A stretch of DNA of 64,000 nucleotides from an uncultured Chryseobacterium sp. (GTDB lineage: Bacteria > Bacteroidota > Bacteroidia > Flavobacteriales > Weeksellaceae). The stretch is from assembly GCF_913777465.1 (NCBI RefSeq), contig NZ_CAJYRQ010000027.1. One strand, given 5' to 3'. A program made the translations under genes and the position numbers. The first letter of the stretch is position 1, and each line of letters opens with the position of its first letter. Shown in pieces: positions 37,822 to 47,923 of this stretch. The notes beneath the pieces are model-generated. The model saw only the letters and a list, made by a program, of their open reading frames with translations. It was not told the origin of the DNA and made no database searches.

Positions 37822-39363
37822 TTAGCTTACCAGGATATCTCCTGTCATAACTTCCGGAATTTCGACCCCCATTACTTTAAGGATCGTCGGGGCCACATCT
37901 CCCAGTTTTCCGGGCTTCAGGTTCCAGGTATGGTCTTTATCCATTACAATGAAAGGAACCAGGTTGGTGGAATGCTGTGTATTCGGCGATCCGTCCGGGT
38001 TAATCATGACATCGGAGTTTCCGTGGTCTGCAAGAATGAAAACGGCATATCCGTGTTCGTAAGCGGTTGTTGCGACTTTCCGGATGCATTGATCTACAGT
38101 TTCCGCTGCTTTTACCGCTGCTTCAAAAACACCGGTATGCCCTACCATATCGGTATTGGCAAAATTCAGGCAGATGAAATCAGCCGTTTCATGCTCCAGC
38201 TCCGGTACAATGGCATTGGTAATATCGTACGCCGACATTTCAGGCTTCAGATCGTACGTAGGCACATCCTTCGGACTCGGGCAAAGCAGTCTCTTTTCTC
38301 CGGTGAACGGCTCTTCCCTACCTCCCGAAAAGAAGAATGTAACGTGAGGGTATTTTTCCGTCTCTGCAATCCTGATCTGCGTTTTATGGTTTCTCTCCAG
38401 GATCTCTCCCATGGTTTCCTGCAAGACTTCTTCATCGAAAACCACGTGAACATTCTCAAAGGTTTTATCGTAATTGGTCAACGTAACATAATACAACGGC
38501 AGTTTTCTCATGAAATATTCCGGATTGTCATGCTGGGTCAGTACTTCAGTAATTTCACGGCCTCTGTCCGTACGGAAATTGAAGCAGATTACCACATCAT
38601 GGTCCGTAATCTTCGCAACCGGAACCACATTTCCAATGGCTGTAGAATCAATCATAATGATTGGCTTCATGAATTCATCGGTAATGTTTTCATCATACGA
38701 CTTCTGGATTTCCAGCAGTGCATTTGTTGTCTGTGCACCTACGCCTTCTACCATGGCATCATACGCTATTTTTACACGCTCCCACCTTTTATCACGGTCC
38801 ATGGCATAATACCTTCCGACTACGGAAGCCAGCTTCCCGACGGTTTTCTCCATGTGTTCCTGAAGATCTTCGATGAATCCTTTTCCGGAACGCGGATCGC
38901 AGTCGCGGCCATCCGTAAAGGCATGAACAAAAACATTTTCGTGCAGCCCGAATTCATGGGCGGCTGTAAGAAGGCCCTTTAAGTGGTTGATATGGGAATG
39001 CACACCTCCGTCGGAAACCAGTCCGATGAAATGTACTTTTTTATTTTCTTTTTTAGCATAGGCAAAAGCATCCTGAATGACTTTCTGCTGGCCCAACGAC
39101 CCGTTTTCTACCGCCATATTCAGCTTTACCAGGTTCTGGTAGACTACTCTTCCAGCTCCCAGGTTCATATGGCCTACTTCGGAGTTTCCCATCTGTCCGG
39201 CAGGAAGCCCTACCGCAAGCCCGCTGGCTTCCAATGTGGTGTTCGGGAAATTTTTAAGGCAGCTATCTATAAAAGGAGTGTTTGCTTTATCCAGTGCTGA
39301 AACATTAGGATTGGTCCCCAATCCCCATCCGTCAAGGATCGCCAATATTGCTTTTTTCGACAT
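37822..39363 (-). CDS. gpmI: 2,3-bisphosphoglycerate-independent phosphoglycerate mutase
   Basis: ILDGWG, MGNSEVGH, GRYYAMDRD, AETEKYPHVT, DMVGHTG, ADHGN and DVAPT motifs. Confidence 0.97.
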   Translation of the reverse strand: MSKKAILAILDGWGLGTNPNVSALDKANTPFIDSCLKNFPNTTLEASGLAVGLPAGQMGNSEVGHMNLGAGRVVYQNLVKLNMAVENGSLGQQKVIQDAFAYAKKENKKVHFIGLVSDGGVHSHINHLKGLLTAAHEFGLHENVFVHAFTDGRDCDPRSGKGFIEDLQEHMEKTVGKLASVVGRYYAMDRDKRWERVKIAYDAMVEGVGAQTTNALLEIQKSYDENITDEFMKPIIMIDSTAIGNVVPVAKITDHDVVICFNFRTDRGREITEVLTQHDNPEYFMRKLPLYYVTLTNYDKTFENVHVVFDEEVLQETMGEILERNHKTQIRIAETEKYPHVTFFFSGGREEPFTGEKRLLCPSPKDVPTYDLKPEMSAYDITNAIVPELEHETADFICLNFANTDMVGHTGVFEAAVKAAETVDQCIRKVATTAYEHGYAVFILADHGNSDVMINPDGSPNTQHSTNLVPFIVMDKDHTWNLKPGKLGDVAPTILKVMGVEIPEVMTGDILVS

Positions 39364-40015
39364 TTTGTATAAACTTTTGTACTACAAATTTATTTATTTT
39401 GAAATAAAACGAAGAACCTGCGGGCTTAAAATTTATTTAAATTTGCTTTATTTGCAGGCATTGAGTGGATTTTCTGGTTGGTTACAGGTACTGACTGTCA
39501 GAAAATCTAACGGGGATATCTAATTAAGGTGAACTCGAAGAAGAACCGGAGTTAACGGGCTGGAAGAGGGAAGCTGGATGCTGGAAGTCCCTCCTGTCAA
39601 AAATAAGTTCATAAGTCTTGATAATCAAACTAAACATTTGTCAATATATAAGAGGAAGTTCTTATCTAATCCTGAATAAAATAGCCTTAGTTTTATTTTC
39701 GAATTAAATAAATGTTTGAATATGAAATTAATATGGCCGAATTCACATTAAATAACGTGGATTCGAGTTACAAACCATACTTAAAAGGCTGGAAGAGGGG
39801 TGCCGGATGCCGCAAGCACTGTCGTTTAAGGATATTGCCGTTAATTCTGAATATCAACTGATTTTTTTTTACTCGCTAAAGCCTTTAAGATGTTTACTTT
39901 TCTTTCAATTCCATTAAATTGCTTAAAAACAAATAATTACCGTCGAATTCAAGGTAAATAAAAAAGGACAAATGAAAATTTCATTTATCCTTTATTTTTT
40001 AAAACAGAGTTTTGA

Positions 40016-40627
40016 TTATCCTCCGTAGTTGTTCAGGTAATCTTCCTGAGAAGCCTGGATTACTTTTTTGGCATGCTCCGCACCGTACACTTCCTGGATT
40101 CTGCATTTTGCAGGCTCATCCGGTAAATTTTTGTACGTCAGGAAGTAGTGCATTAATCGTTTCACTTCCGCTTCCGGCAATTCTGAAATGTCTCTGAAAT
40201 GTCCGAATGCGTGGTCACCGATCATTACCGCTACAATTTTGTCGTCCGCTTCTCCTCCGTCGATCATTTTAAAGCCTCCGATCGGAATAGCCTCCATCAA
40301 TAAACCACCGGCGTGGATGTTGTGCGAGCTCAATACGCAGATATCCAGCGGATCGTGGTCTCCCATGCTAACGTCTGTTGCCCCTCTTTCAATAGCAAGG
40401 TTCATTACTGCAGTATCGCAGTATGTTCTTGGAACAAAACCATACAATGCCGGGATGATATTGGAGAATTTCTGCGGGCGGTCTACCTTCAGAAATCCGG
40501 TTTCTTTATCTACTTCGTATTTGATGGTGTCTGAAGGAACGATCTCCACGAAAACATTTACAACATTCGGCGCATCTTCTCCTGCAGAAATTCCGTGCCA
40601 TGGATGTGCTTTAAAATTTGGAATCAT
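40016..40627 (-). CDS. ppa: Inorganic pyrophosphatase (family I)
   Basis: HPWHGI, KYEVDK, YGFVPRTY, GDHDPLD and DGGEADDKI motifs. Confidence 0.95.
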   Translation of the reverse strand: MIPNFKAHPWHGISAGEDAPNVVNVFVEIVPSDTIKYEVDKETGFLKVDRPQKFSNIIPALYGFVPRTYCDTAVMNLAIERGATDVSMGDHDPLDICVLSSHNIHAGGLLMEAIPIGGFKMIDGGEADDKIVAVMIGDHAFGHFRDISELPEAEVKRLMHYFLTYKNLPDEPAKCRIQEVYGAEHAKKVIQASQEDYLNNYGG

Positions 40628-40652
40628 TTATTTAAATTTTTTATTTTTTTAA

Positions 40653-41165
40653 TTAAGCTATTATTATAATTTCTTTTCTCAGATCTTCGATGGTCATGGA
40701 GATATAATCTTCCCCTTCCATATAGTTCATCAAAAGAATGGTTTTGAATTCGTCAAGATTGATGTTTCCGCTACTCTCTTCGTAAGTTTTATGAAGAAGT
40801 GCAATTACGGCATTTTTAGAATCCACGATATTCTGCCATGAAGTTTTCGTGATGTACAGCTGCTGGGAAGCATTGTAATCGAATTCTTCGTTGATGGATT
40901 TTTCAGTAAGGAAAATAAATTCGTGGGCAGCCAGGCCTTTGTCGAATCGCTGGATCAGGTTGGAAGGTTTCAGCCTTTCCATAAACAACGTCATCCTTTC
41001 GTAAGACTGGGTTTTGTTCTCTGAATTTGATTTTACGGAAAGGAGCCTGATTTCCTGCTCTTTAAGTTTTATGTATGTGAATACGAACTGACGGAGCAAC
41101 ACCAAAAAAGGAATTGCAATAATCAATGCGAAAGCATAGGGTAAATATCCTGAAAAACTAGCCAT
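40653..41165 (-). CDS. Conserved Bacteroidetes hypothetical membrane-anchored protein
   Basis: N-terminal TM helix, then YERMTLFMER and EEFDYNASQQLY motifs, which I recognise from a conserved uncharacterised family. Confidence 0.7.
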   Translation of the reverse strand: MASFSGYLPYAFALIIAIPFLVLLRQFVFTYIKLKEQEIRLLSVKSNSENKTQSYERMTLFMERLKPSNLIQRFDKGLAAHEFIFLTEKSINEEFDYNASQQLYITKTSWQNIVDSKNAVIALLHKTYEESSGNINLDEFKTILLMNYMEGEDYISMTIEDLRKEIIIIA

Positions 41166-41200
41166 AATTTGAGGTAGCAAAATTACTAATATTTTTTGAA

Positions 41201-42133
41201 TTATACTTCAAATAAAGCAGGCCGTTGCGTTACTTCATGATAGCAGATGCTGTTTTCATCAAAATAATGGTAAACGAGACTTTTCCGTGTTCTTGTTTTA
41301 TCGGTATGCGGTTCGCCGCCATGCAGGATATTTGCATGCCAGACCAGAAGGTCACCTTTTTTGGCCCGGAAAATTTCTTTTTTCAGCCCCAGTTCCCGTA
41401 CCTTGTCTTCCAGAAATACTTCATATTCTTTATAGCTCTTCTTTCCTATTTTAAAAGACGTGCCTTCGTTGTCATAATCAGAATTCAGGAAATAAGGCAG
41501 GGTATGGCTTCCCGGAATGTAATGAAGCGCACCATTGGTTTCATCGGTATCTTCCAGGGCAATCCATACTCCAAGCAGGCCGCCCAGAGGATATGTGGTC
41601 ATATGGATACTGTCCGAATGGGTCTTTTGCTGGCTTCCATTGATGAAATTGATGCTCTGGAACAGCTTGGCTTCCCCGTCCAGGAGAACAGAGAGGAATT
41701 TCAGCAGTTCTTTGTCGTTTCCGATACGGTGTATAAGTTCGGAATGGTGAATTGCAAACATGAGCTTACCACCATACCTGAATTTCAGGGTTCCGTTTTC
41801 CATGAGTTTATCGATCTCAGCATTAATGGTATCTGCCGTTTCCTCACTCAGGTAATTTCTGAGGATCAGGAATCCGTTATCGCTGTAGCTGTCCACGCTT
41901 TTTTTATTTTCTTCGGAAAGGTTTTGATAAAAAGGTGTACCGGATAAACGCTGGTGGTCTGTTTTTCTTTCTTCAGGCGTAAGGTGCGAAAAATCTTTAC
42001 TGGAAATACTTGAAAAGTAACTCTTACCAATCCCGTATCTTTTGTATAAAGGAATATTATGTTTAAGCTTCTTTTTATTGAAAAAGTTGTAGATAGCGTA
42101 TGGAAGCTTATAATTTCGAATTAGTTTTAGCAT
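41201..42133 (-). CDS. Phytanoyl-CoA dioxygenase (PhyH) family 2OG-Fe(II) oxygenase
   Basis: QQKTHSDS (HxD), WIALED....NGALHYIPGSH, LLVWHANILHGG and RKS motifs. Confidence 0.9.
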   Translation of the reverse strand: MLKLIRNYKLPYAIYNFFNKKKLKHNIPLYKRYGIGKSYFSSISSKDFSHLTPEERKTDHQRLSGTPFYQNLSEENKKSVDSYSDNGFLILRNYLSEETADTINAEIDKLMENGTLKFRYGGKLMFAIHHSELIHRIGNDKELLKFLSVLLDGEAKLFQSINFINGSQQKTHSDSIHMTTYPLGGLLGVWIALEDTDETNGALHYIPGSHTLPYFLNSDYDNEGTSFKIGKKSYKEYEVFLEDKVRELGLKKEIFRAKKGDLLVWHANILHGGEPHTDKTRTRKSLVYHYFDENSICYHEVTQRPALFEV

Positions 42134-42192
42134 GACAATATAATAGGCACGATAAATTTAGGAATAATATTTAGAAGTGATCCGAATAAATA

Positions 42193-43056
42193 TCATGCAA
42201 ATCTTTTCAGGAACTTATTTTCGATAAAGCTGTATTCATGAAGTTCTGCACCGAAACTTTTAAAAAACAATTCAATGCCGCGGATATTGCTGCCCATGAA
42301 ATTGAACGGCTTTTCACCTATATCCTGCTGAAGAATTTTATCGATGAGAAACGAAGAGCCGTTTTCATGCTTATAGTCTTCATGGTTAACCAGACCTAAA
42401 AGGGAAAGCTGCTTATCTTCCGTAATTAGCAGGGCCAGATTTATAAGAACATCAGCTGAAAAAGTCCCGCAAAGTTTTAAATGGCCATTTTCAGAAAGGA
42501 AGATCAGATACCTGTTCAGCCACTGCCACTCTGCATCCTTCAGGCCTTTAAAATGATCTTTAATAAAATTTAGTGATTCTGAATTAAATTCAACTTCTTT
42601 GTAGATAAGATGCTGCGCCATTTTAACGGTGGATTTCCTGCCTTTAAAATATTTTTTTCTTCTCAGCAACGAATATTCTGAAACAGGAACAATATAATTT
42701 TTCCTTTTCTCCAGTGGCTTATGGAATTTATTATGTTCGTTAAAAGAATAAAAAAAAATTTTGTATTTTTTCCTGAGAACCTCTAGAAACGCCTCATTGA
42801 TTCCGGGATCGTCAGATTTGGAAAAAACCCCCAACTGCTGGCAGAAGAGAGGCATGTGAACAAAATCAATTCCCATTTTTCTTCTGATATGAACAGGCAT
42901 CACCGCCTCATAATCACCCTTTATCATAATATGCCAGTTCCCGGAAAGCCGGTCCAGCACTTCTCTTCGGGCATACCAGTTCTTCTGCTCCGAATTTTCA
43001 AGACAAGCCGTGTATTTATCGAAATCAATTTCATGGTACTTCAATCTTCTAATCAT
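42193..43056 (-). CDS. GNAT/FemAB-like fold protein of unknown function
   Basis: IDFDKY, P.FCQQLGVF and FNFMGSNIRGI..FFKSFGA motifs resemble Bacteroidetes GNAT-like glycan acyltransferases. Confidence 0.6.
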   Translation of the reverse strand: MIRRLKYHEIDFDKYTACLENSEQKNWYARREVLDRLSGNWHIMIKGDYEAVMPVHIRRKMGIDFVHMPLFCQQLGVFSKSDDPGINEAFLEVLRKKYKIFFYSFNEHNKFHKPLEKRKNYIVPVSEYSLLRRKKYFKGRKSTVKMAQHLIYKEVEFNSESLNFIKDHFKGLKDAEWQWLNRYLIFLSENGHLKLCGTFSADVLINLALLITEDKQLSLLGLVNHEDYKHENGSSFLIDKILQQDIGEKPFNFMGSNIRGIELFFKSFGAELHEYSFIENKFLKRFA

Positions 43057-43730
43057 AACAATCCTTCGTCTGAAAAACTAAAATAGGAATTTTGGGTAAC
43101 AATCAAATGGTCCAGAAGCTGGATATTCAGCATTTTTCCGGCTTCTTTGATTCTCTGGGTAATGTCGATATCTTCCTTACTGGGCTTAAGATTTCCGGAA
43201 GGATGGTTGTGGGCGATGATAATGGCCGTGGCATAATGATCCAGTGCGGTTTTAAATAATATCCTCACATCTACAATCGACTGATTGATCCCGCCCTGGG
43301 TAAGCTGCGAAAAATGGAGGACCTTATTGCTTTGGTTGAGAAATATGGCCCAGAATTCTTCGGTTCTCAAATCCGATAAATATTTCCTGAGGAGCTGATA
43401 CCCGTCATTACTGCTCGTAATCACAGATTTTTCCGGTACTTCCTGGGCTGCCCGCCGCCTGCCGATTTCGAGCGCAGTAGCAATGGCTATGGCTTTTACT
43501 TCGCCTACTCCTTTAAATTTCATTAAATCTTTTACAGAAAGCAGGCTCAGCTGATGCCAGCTGTGGTTTACCGAATTCAGGATTTTACGTGCCAGCTCGA
43601 TCGCCGTTTCTTCCCGGCTGCCGCTTCTGAGAATGATGGCCAGCAATTCGGAGTCTGAAAGCGAATTGATCCCTTTCAGTAAAAATTTTTCCCTGGGTCT
43701 GTCGTCTTCAGCTAGAAATTTAATGGCCAT
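43053..43730 (-). CDS. radC: RadC-family JAB-domain protein
   Basis: DRPREK, LSDSELLAIIL, EEFW, AHNHPSG and LLDHLIV motifs. Confidence 0.95.
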   Translation of the reverse strand: MAIKFLAEDDRPREKFLLKGINSLSDSELLAIILRSGSREETAIELARKILNSVNHSWHQLSLLSVKDLMKFKGVGEVKAIAIATALEIGRRRAAQEVPEKSVITSSNDGYQLLRKYLSDLRTEEFWAIFLNQSNKVLHFSQLTQGGINQSIVDVRILFKTALDHYATAIIIAHNHPSGNLKPSKEDIDITQRIKEAGKMLNIQLLDHLIVTQNSYFSFSDEGLL

Positions 43731-43762
43731 AAGCAGTAAGAAATTAAATTTTGAATCATGGT

Positions 43763-44344
43763 TTAATAAAATGCATACAACAGAATGGTCTTCGGCGAAC
43801 GGTCGATATACTTCGCCGTCTGGTTAAATGCATTCTTTGACAGCATGGGACATCCGAAGCTTAAACAAAGCGGTTGCGCAGATTCGCTGTCCGGAACAGA
43901 ATAATAAGAATGCAATACGATTGCCCTGGACCGGGCATTGCTGTTGGATTCATCCAAACCCTCCAGCCGGTACGCCTTTCCGAATTTTCCCGTGTAGCTT
44001 TCTTTGATTTCATATTTTCCCAGAGACGACTGATGCGAACCGTCGGTATTACTGAAACGAAGTACCGATGAATTCTTAATAACCGAACCGTCGCCATGGG
44101 CAACAATAGCCTTCTGAAGGATTTTATTGTTTTTCAGGTCGTATAGGAAATACCTGTATTTTCCGGAATGAAGCCTGAAATTAATAAATACTGCCAAATC
44201 CTGATTATACTTTTTTCCTCTGATAAAACTCCTGACTTCCGAAATTCTTGATGCTGGCAGATCACTGCCGGTATCTGAAGTCTGAGATTCAAATTTTGCG
44301 CATGAAAAGACGAGTAAAAATAAAAAAAGAAAGGGTTTCATCAT
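43763..44344 (-). CDS. Murein L,D-transpeptidase catalytic-domain lipoprotein (YkuD_2-like)
   Basis: Lipobox FSC, VAHGDG, FSNTDGSHQSSLG, RAIVLH and SFGCP (catalytic His/Cys). Confidence 0.88.
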   Translation of the reverse strand: MMKPFLFLFLLVFSCAKFESQTSDTGSDLPASRISEVRSFIRGKKYNQDLAVFINFRLHSGKYRYFLYDLKNNKILQKAIVAHGDGSVIKNSSVLRFSNTDGSHQSSLGKYEIKESYTGKFGKAYRLEGLDESNSNARSRAIVLHSYYSVPDSESAQPLCLSFGCPMLSKNAFNQTAKYIDRSPKTILLYAFY

Positions 44345-44355
44345 TTGTGTGCTTT

Positions 44356-45024
44356 TTATTCGACAATCAGCCCGTCTTTCATCACCAGTTTCCGGTCTGT
44401 AATTTCTGCAAGATTCGGGTTATGGGTTACAATGACAAATGTCTGGTTGTATTTGTCCCTGAGATCGAAGAACAGCCGGTGAAGATCGTTTGCATTTTTG
44501 GAATCCAGATTTCCCGTGGGCTCGTCCGCAAAAATAATTTTGGGGGAATTGATGAGAGCCCTGGCCACGGCAACCCGCTGTGCTTCCCCACCGGAAAGCT
44601 GGTTGGGCTTGTGATGAAGCCTTTGTTCGATTTTCAAGTCTTCAAATAAGGCATACGCTTTTTCAACCGCTTCCTTTTCATTCGCTCCGGCAATTTTAGT
44701 CGGAAGCAAGACATTTTCCAACGCTGTAAATTCAGGGAGCAGCTGATGAAACTGAAATACGAAACCAATATTCTGATTTCTGAATTTAGAAAGCTGCTTG
44801 TCATTCATATTGATAAAGGATTCTCCTGCAATGGAAATTTCCGTATCGAATTTTCCGGAAGTCGTGGGCTGATCCAGTGTTCCCAGAATCTGCAGAAGCG
44901 TGGATTTCCCAGCTCCGGATTCTCCGACAATAGATACCACCTCGCCTGTTTTGATCTGGATATCCACCCCTTTCAGTACTTCTAAATTCCCATAAAATTT
45001 ATGGATATTTCTCGCTTTAATCAT
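44356..45024 (-). CDS. lolD: ABC transporter ATP-binding protein (LolD-like)
   Basis: [35 protein letters not shown] and ADEPTGNLD motifs. Confidence 0.8.
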   Translation of the reverse strand: MIKARNIHKFYGNLEVLKGVDIQIKTGEVVSIVGESGAGKSTLLQILGTLDQPTTSGKFDTEISIAGESFINMNDKQLSKFRNQNIGFVFQFHQLLPEFTALENVLLPTKIAGANEKEAVEKAYALFEDLKIEQRLHHKPNQLSGGEAQRVAVARALINSPKIIFADEPTGNLDSKNANDLHRLFFDLRDKYNQTFVIVTHNPNLAEITDRKLVMKDGLIVE

Positions 45025-45083
45025 GATTCAAAAATAGTGAATTGATTTAAATCTGAAAAGTCCTAAAGCGCTATTTTCTGAAG

Positions 45084-46082
45084 TTATATTGTACCGGGAC
45101 GCGAACTTTTCTCGATCCTGTTGGCCAGCCAGCTTACATAAAACAGCTGGAAACTGTGGTAAATCATAACCGGCAGCAGGAATAATACTTTCTGATCCTC
45201 CGGAATTCCCAATACCATGACGAAAAGACTTCCGTGAACCAATGATTTTTTGGAGCCGCAAAACGTTGCGGTAATCACATCTTCTCTCCTGAAATGCATT
45301 TTTCCGGAGATGAGCTTCAGAATTTCATACACAGAAAAAAACAGGATGATGACACTTGATGCAATGATGATAAATACCACCGGCGGAACCGATGCAAAAA
45401 CATTCTGGGTAAAAGCCTCGGAGAAACTTTCATACACGATCAGCAGGATAATCAGCTTATCAAATTCTGCAATGACCTTGCTGTATTTTGTAACTAAATT
45501 TTTGAATACCGGATTTAAAAGCACGCCTAAAATAATAGGCAGCAGTACTTTCAGCAGAAGCTGTTGGATAATCTCGGAATTGTCGACGTTTCCCTGGTCC
45601 GGCTGGATAAACAGGCTCATGAGCAGCGGCGTCATTACGATGCCGATGATTCCGGATATTGAGGCGTTGAAAATTGCAGAAGTAACATTTCCTTTGGCAA
45701 TGGAAACCATCACCACCGAAGAGGATACTGTGGAAGGAAGACTGGCCAGGAAAAATATCGAAAGCCAGGTGATAAAATAGACCGAATCCTTTACCAAACC
45801 ATAAAAAGGAATAACCAGCAAAGGGAAAATGACAAATGTTCCCAACTGTACCAGAAGATGAAGCTTCCAGTTGGAAATATCTTTTACAATTTCTTTGATG
45901 TTGAGCTTTAATCCGTACAACAGGAAAATCGCAGCAATTCCCCAGTCGATAAATGCGGACAGATTAAAATATTGATTATATCCATCCCGGAACGGGACTA
46001 TTTTGCCGGCAATAACCATTGTGACCAGCAGCAGCAGAAAGATATTCTGCTTATCCATTTTCAGTTTTCCTATCTTCATCAT
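45084..46082 (-). CDS. Bile acid:sodium symporter family protein (SBF-like)
   Basis: FLLYGLKL, LPSTVSSSV, AIFNASISG and CGSKKSL motifs; multiple TMs. Confidence 0.9.
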   Translation of the reverse strand: MMKIGKLKMDKQNIFLLLLVTMVIAGKIVPFRDGYNQYFNLSAFIDWGIAAIFLLYGLKLNIKEIVKDISNWKLHLLVQLGTFVIFPLLVIPFYGLVKDSVYFITWLSIFFLASLPSTVSSSVVMVSIAKGNVTSAIFNASISGIIGIVMTPLLMSLFIQPDQGNVDNSEIIQQLLLKVLLPIILGVLLNPVFKNLVTKYSKVIAEFDKLIILLIVYESFSEAFTQNVFASVPPVVFIIIASSVIILFFSVYEILKLISGKMHFRREDVITATFCGSKKSLVHGSLFVMVLGIPEDQKVLFLLPVMIYHSFQLFYVSWLANRIEKSSRPGTI

Positions 46083-46153
46083 TTAAAGATAAGAAGGATT
46101 TCTTGATTTTTTATTATTCTGTGACGAAAATCAGTTTTGCGCTGGAGTAAAAC

Positions 46154-46187
46154 AAAAAAGTTTACCGGAAGTCCGGTAAACTTTTTT
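46154..46187. terminator. Intrinsic terminator after pdhC
   Basis: Perfect aaaaaagtttaccgga / tccggtaaactttttt inverted repeat. Confidence 0.88.
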
Positions 46188-46212
46188 ATTGGTTAAAAAC
46201 GTTAATCAGAAA

Positions 46213-47829
46213 TTACAGTAACAGCGTTAATGGGCTTTCCAGATATGTTTTTAATGTCTGTAAGAACTGAGCACCTGTAGCCCCGTCTACCACTCTGTGG
46301 TCGCAAGCCAGGGAAAGCTTCATGATGTTTCCTACTACGATCTGTCCGTTTTTCACAACAGGCTTTTCAATAATGGCTCCTACCGAAAGGATGGCCGCAT
46401 TCGGCTGGTTGATGATGCTGGTAAAGGTTTCGATGCCGAACATTCCCAGGTTGGAGATGGAGAACGTAGAACCTTCCATTTCGTTGGCTTTAAGACCTTT
46501 GTTTTTCGCTCTTCCGGCCATATCTTTTACCGCTGCAGAAATCTGGGTATAGTTCATCTGGTCGGTATTCTTAAGAACAGGAACCACCAATCCGTCAGGA
46601 ATAGCTACCGCCACCCCGATGTTGATATTCCCACGGTGGATGATCTTGTCACCGGCCCAGCTTGAATTTACCTGCGGGTGTTTTCTGAGTGCAACAGCCG
46701 TTGCCTTGATGATCATGTCGTTGAAAGAAATCCGGGTATCCGGTAAAGAGTTGATTTCCTTTCTCGCCTCGATGGCTTTATCCATATTGATTTCTACCAT
46801 TAAATAGTAGTGGGGCGCGGAGAACTTACTTTCGGAAAGACGTTTTGCAATTACGTTTCTTACCTGAGAGTTTTGGGTTTCCGTATCTTCTCCCTGTACG
46901 AAGCTCAAAGCTACCTGAGCCGCCGCAGGACTTGCCGTCGGAGCTGAAGCTTCCTGTTTTGCAGCAGAAGGATGGTAATTTTCGATATCTTTTTTAACGA
47001 TTCTTCCGTTTTCGCCTGAACCCTGGATGCTGTTGATGTCTACCCCTTTATCCTGAGCCATTTTCTTGGCCAGCGGAGAAATCGCTACCCGGTCTGAAGA
47101 TGAAGCTTCAGCTGCAGGAGCTGCTTTCTCTTCTTTTTTAGGTTCGGATTTTTGTTCGGCCTGCTTTTCGGAAGATGAACCTGCTGCCTTTGGAGCCCCT
47201 ACTGCAGAAACATCTGTTCCCTCAGGTCCTATTATGGCTAAAACAGAATCTACCGGAGCGGCACCGCCCTCTTCAACACCCTGCTTCAACAGTACCCCGT
47301 TGAATTCGGATTCAAAGTCCTGAACGGCTTTATCGGTTTCAATTTCTGCAAGAAGATCCCCTTCTTTTACGGTATCACCTACATTTTTGTGCCATTTTGC
47401 CACCTTTCCTTCCGTCATCGTATCAGAAAGTCTTGGCATCGTAATCACTTCCACCCCTGCAGGAACTCCGGCATCAGCCTGTTCAATGCTGGTTGCTGTA
47501 TTTTCCGTCTTGTGGTCTTCTTCAGATTTTTTCTCTTCGGAATCGTTGGATTTTGGAGCTTCACCGCCGGTTAATCCGGAAATATCCTCGCCTTCTTTCC
47601 CGATAATTGCCAATACAGAATCCACTGCAGCAGCATTGCCTTCTTCAACTCCTACGAATAAAAGGGTTCCTTCTATTTCAGATTCGAAATCCTGAACGGC
47701 TTTATCGGTTTCAATTTCAGCTAAAATATCACCTTCCTTTACTTTATCTCCTACTTTTTTATGCCATTTAGCCACTTTCCCTTCCGTCATTGTATCGGAA
47801 AGGCGTGGCATTGTAATTACTTCTGCCAT
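46213..47829 (-). CDS. pdhC: Pyruvate dehydrogenase E2 (dihydrolipoamide acetyltransferase), two lipoyl domains
   Basis: Two EIETDKA lipoyl motifs, an E3-binding domain (ISPLAKKMA..GSGENGRI) and catalytic DHRVVDG. Confidence 0.96.
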   Translation of the reverse strand: MAEVITMPRLSDTMTEGKVAKWHKKVGDKVKEGDILAEIETDKAVQDFESEIEGTLLFVGVEEGNAAAVDSVLAIIGKEGEDISGLTGGEAPKSNDSEEKKSEEDHKTENTATSIEQADAGVPAGVEVITMPRLSDTMTEGKVAKWHKNVGDTVKEGDLLAEIETDKAVQDFESEFNGVLLKQGVEEGGAAPVDSVLAIIGPEGTDVSAVGAPKAAGSSSEKQAEQKSEPKKEEKAAPAAEASSSDRVAISPLAKKMAQDKGVDINSIQGSGENGRIVKKDIENYHPSAAKQEASAPTASPAAAQVALSFVQGEDTETQNSQVRNVIAKRLSESKFSAPHYYLMVEINMDKAIEARKEINSLPDTRISFNDMIIKATAVALRKHPQVNSSWAGDKIIHRGNINIGVAVAIPDGLVVPVLKNTDQMNYTQISAAVKDMAGRAKNKGLKANEMEGSTFSISNLGMFGIETFTSIINQPNAAILSVGAIIEKPVVKNGQIVVGNIMKLSLACDHRVVDGATGAQFLQTLKTYLESPLTLLL

Positions 47830-47837
47830 AATTTATT

Positions 47838-47911
47838 GATTTGAGATTTGAAATTCGAGATTCGAGATTTGAGATTCACAGAATTTCAAACATCAGATTT
47901 CAGATTTCAAA
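47838..47911. repeat. Degenerate heptamer tandem repeat (GATTTGA/GATTCGA) with inverted partner
   Basis: gatttga gatttga aattcga gattcga gatttga gattcac ... tcagatt tcagatt tcaaat between pdhA and pdhC. Confidence 0.7.
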
Positions 47912-47923
47912 TAATAGTATTTT

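Noticed and set aside
37930-38982. 350-aa plus-strand ORF
   Set aside because: Antisense shadow of the highly conserved gpmI; codon-bias artefact.
43053-43730. radC as a marker of a prophage or ICE
   Set aside because: Full-length chromosomal form among housekeeping genes; no integrase, att sites or mobile genes.
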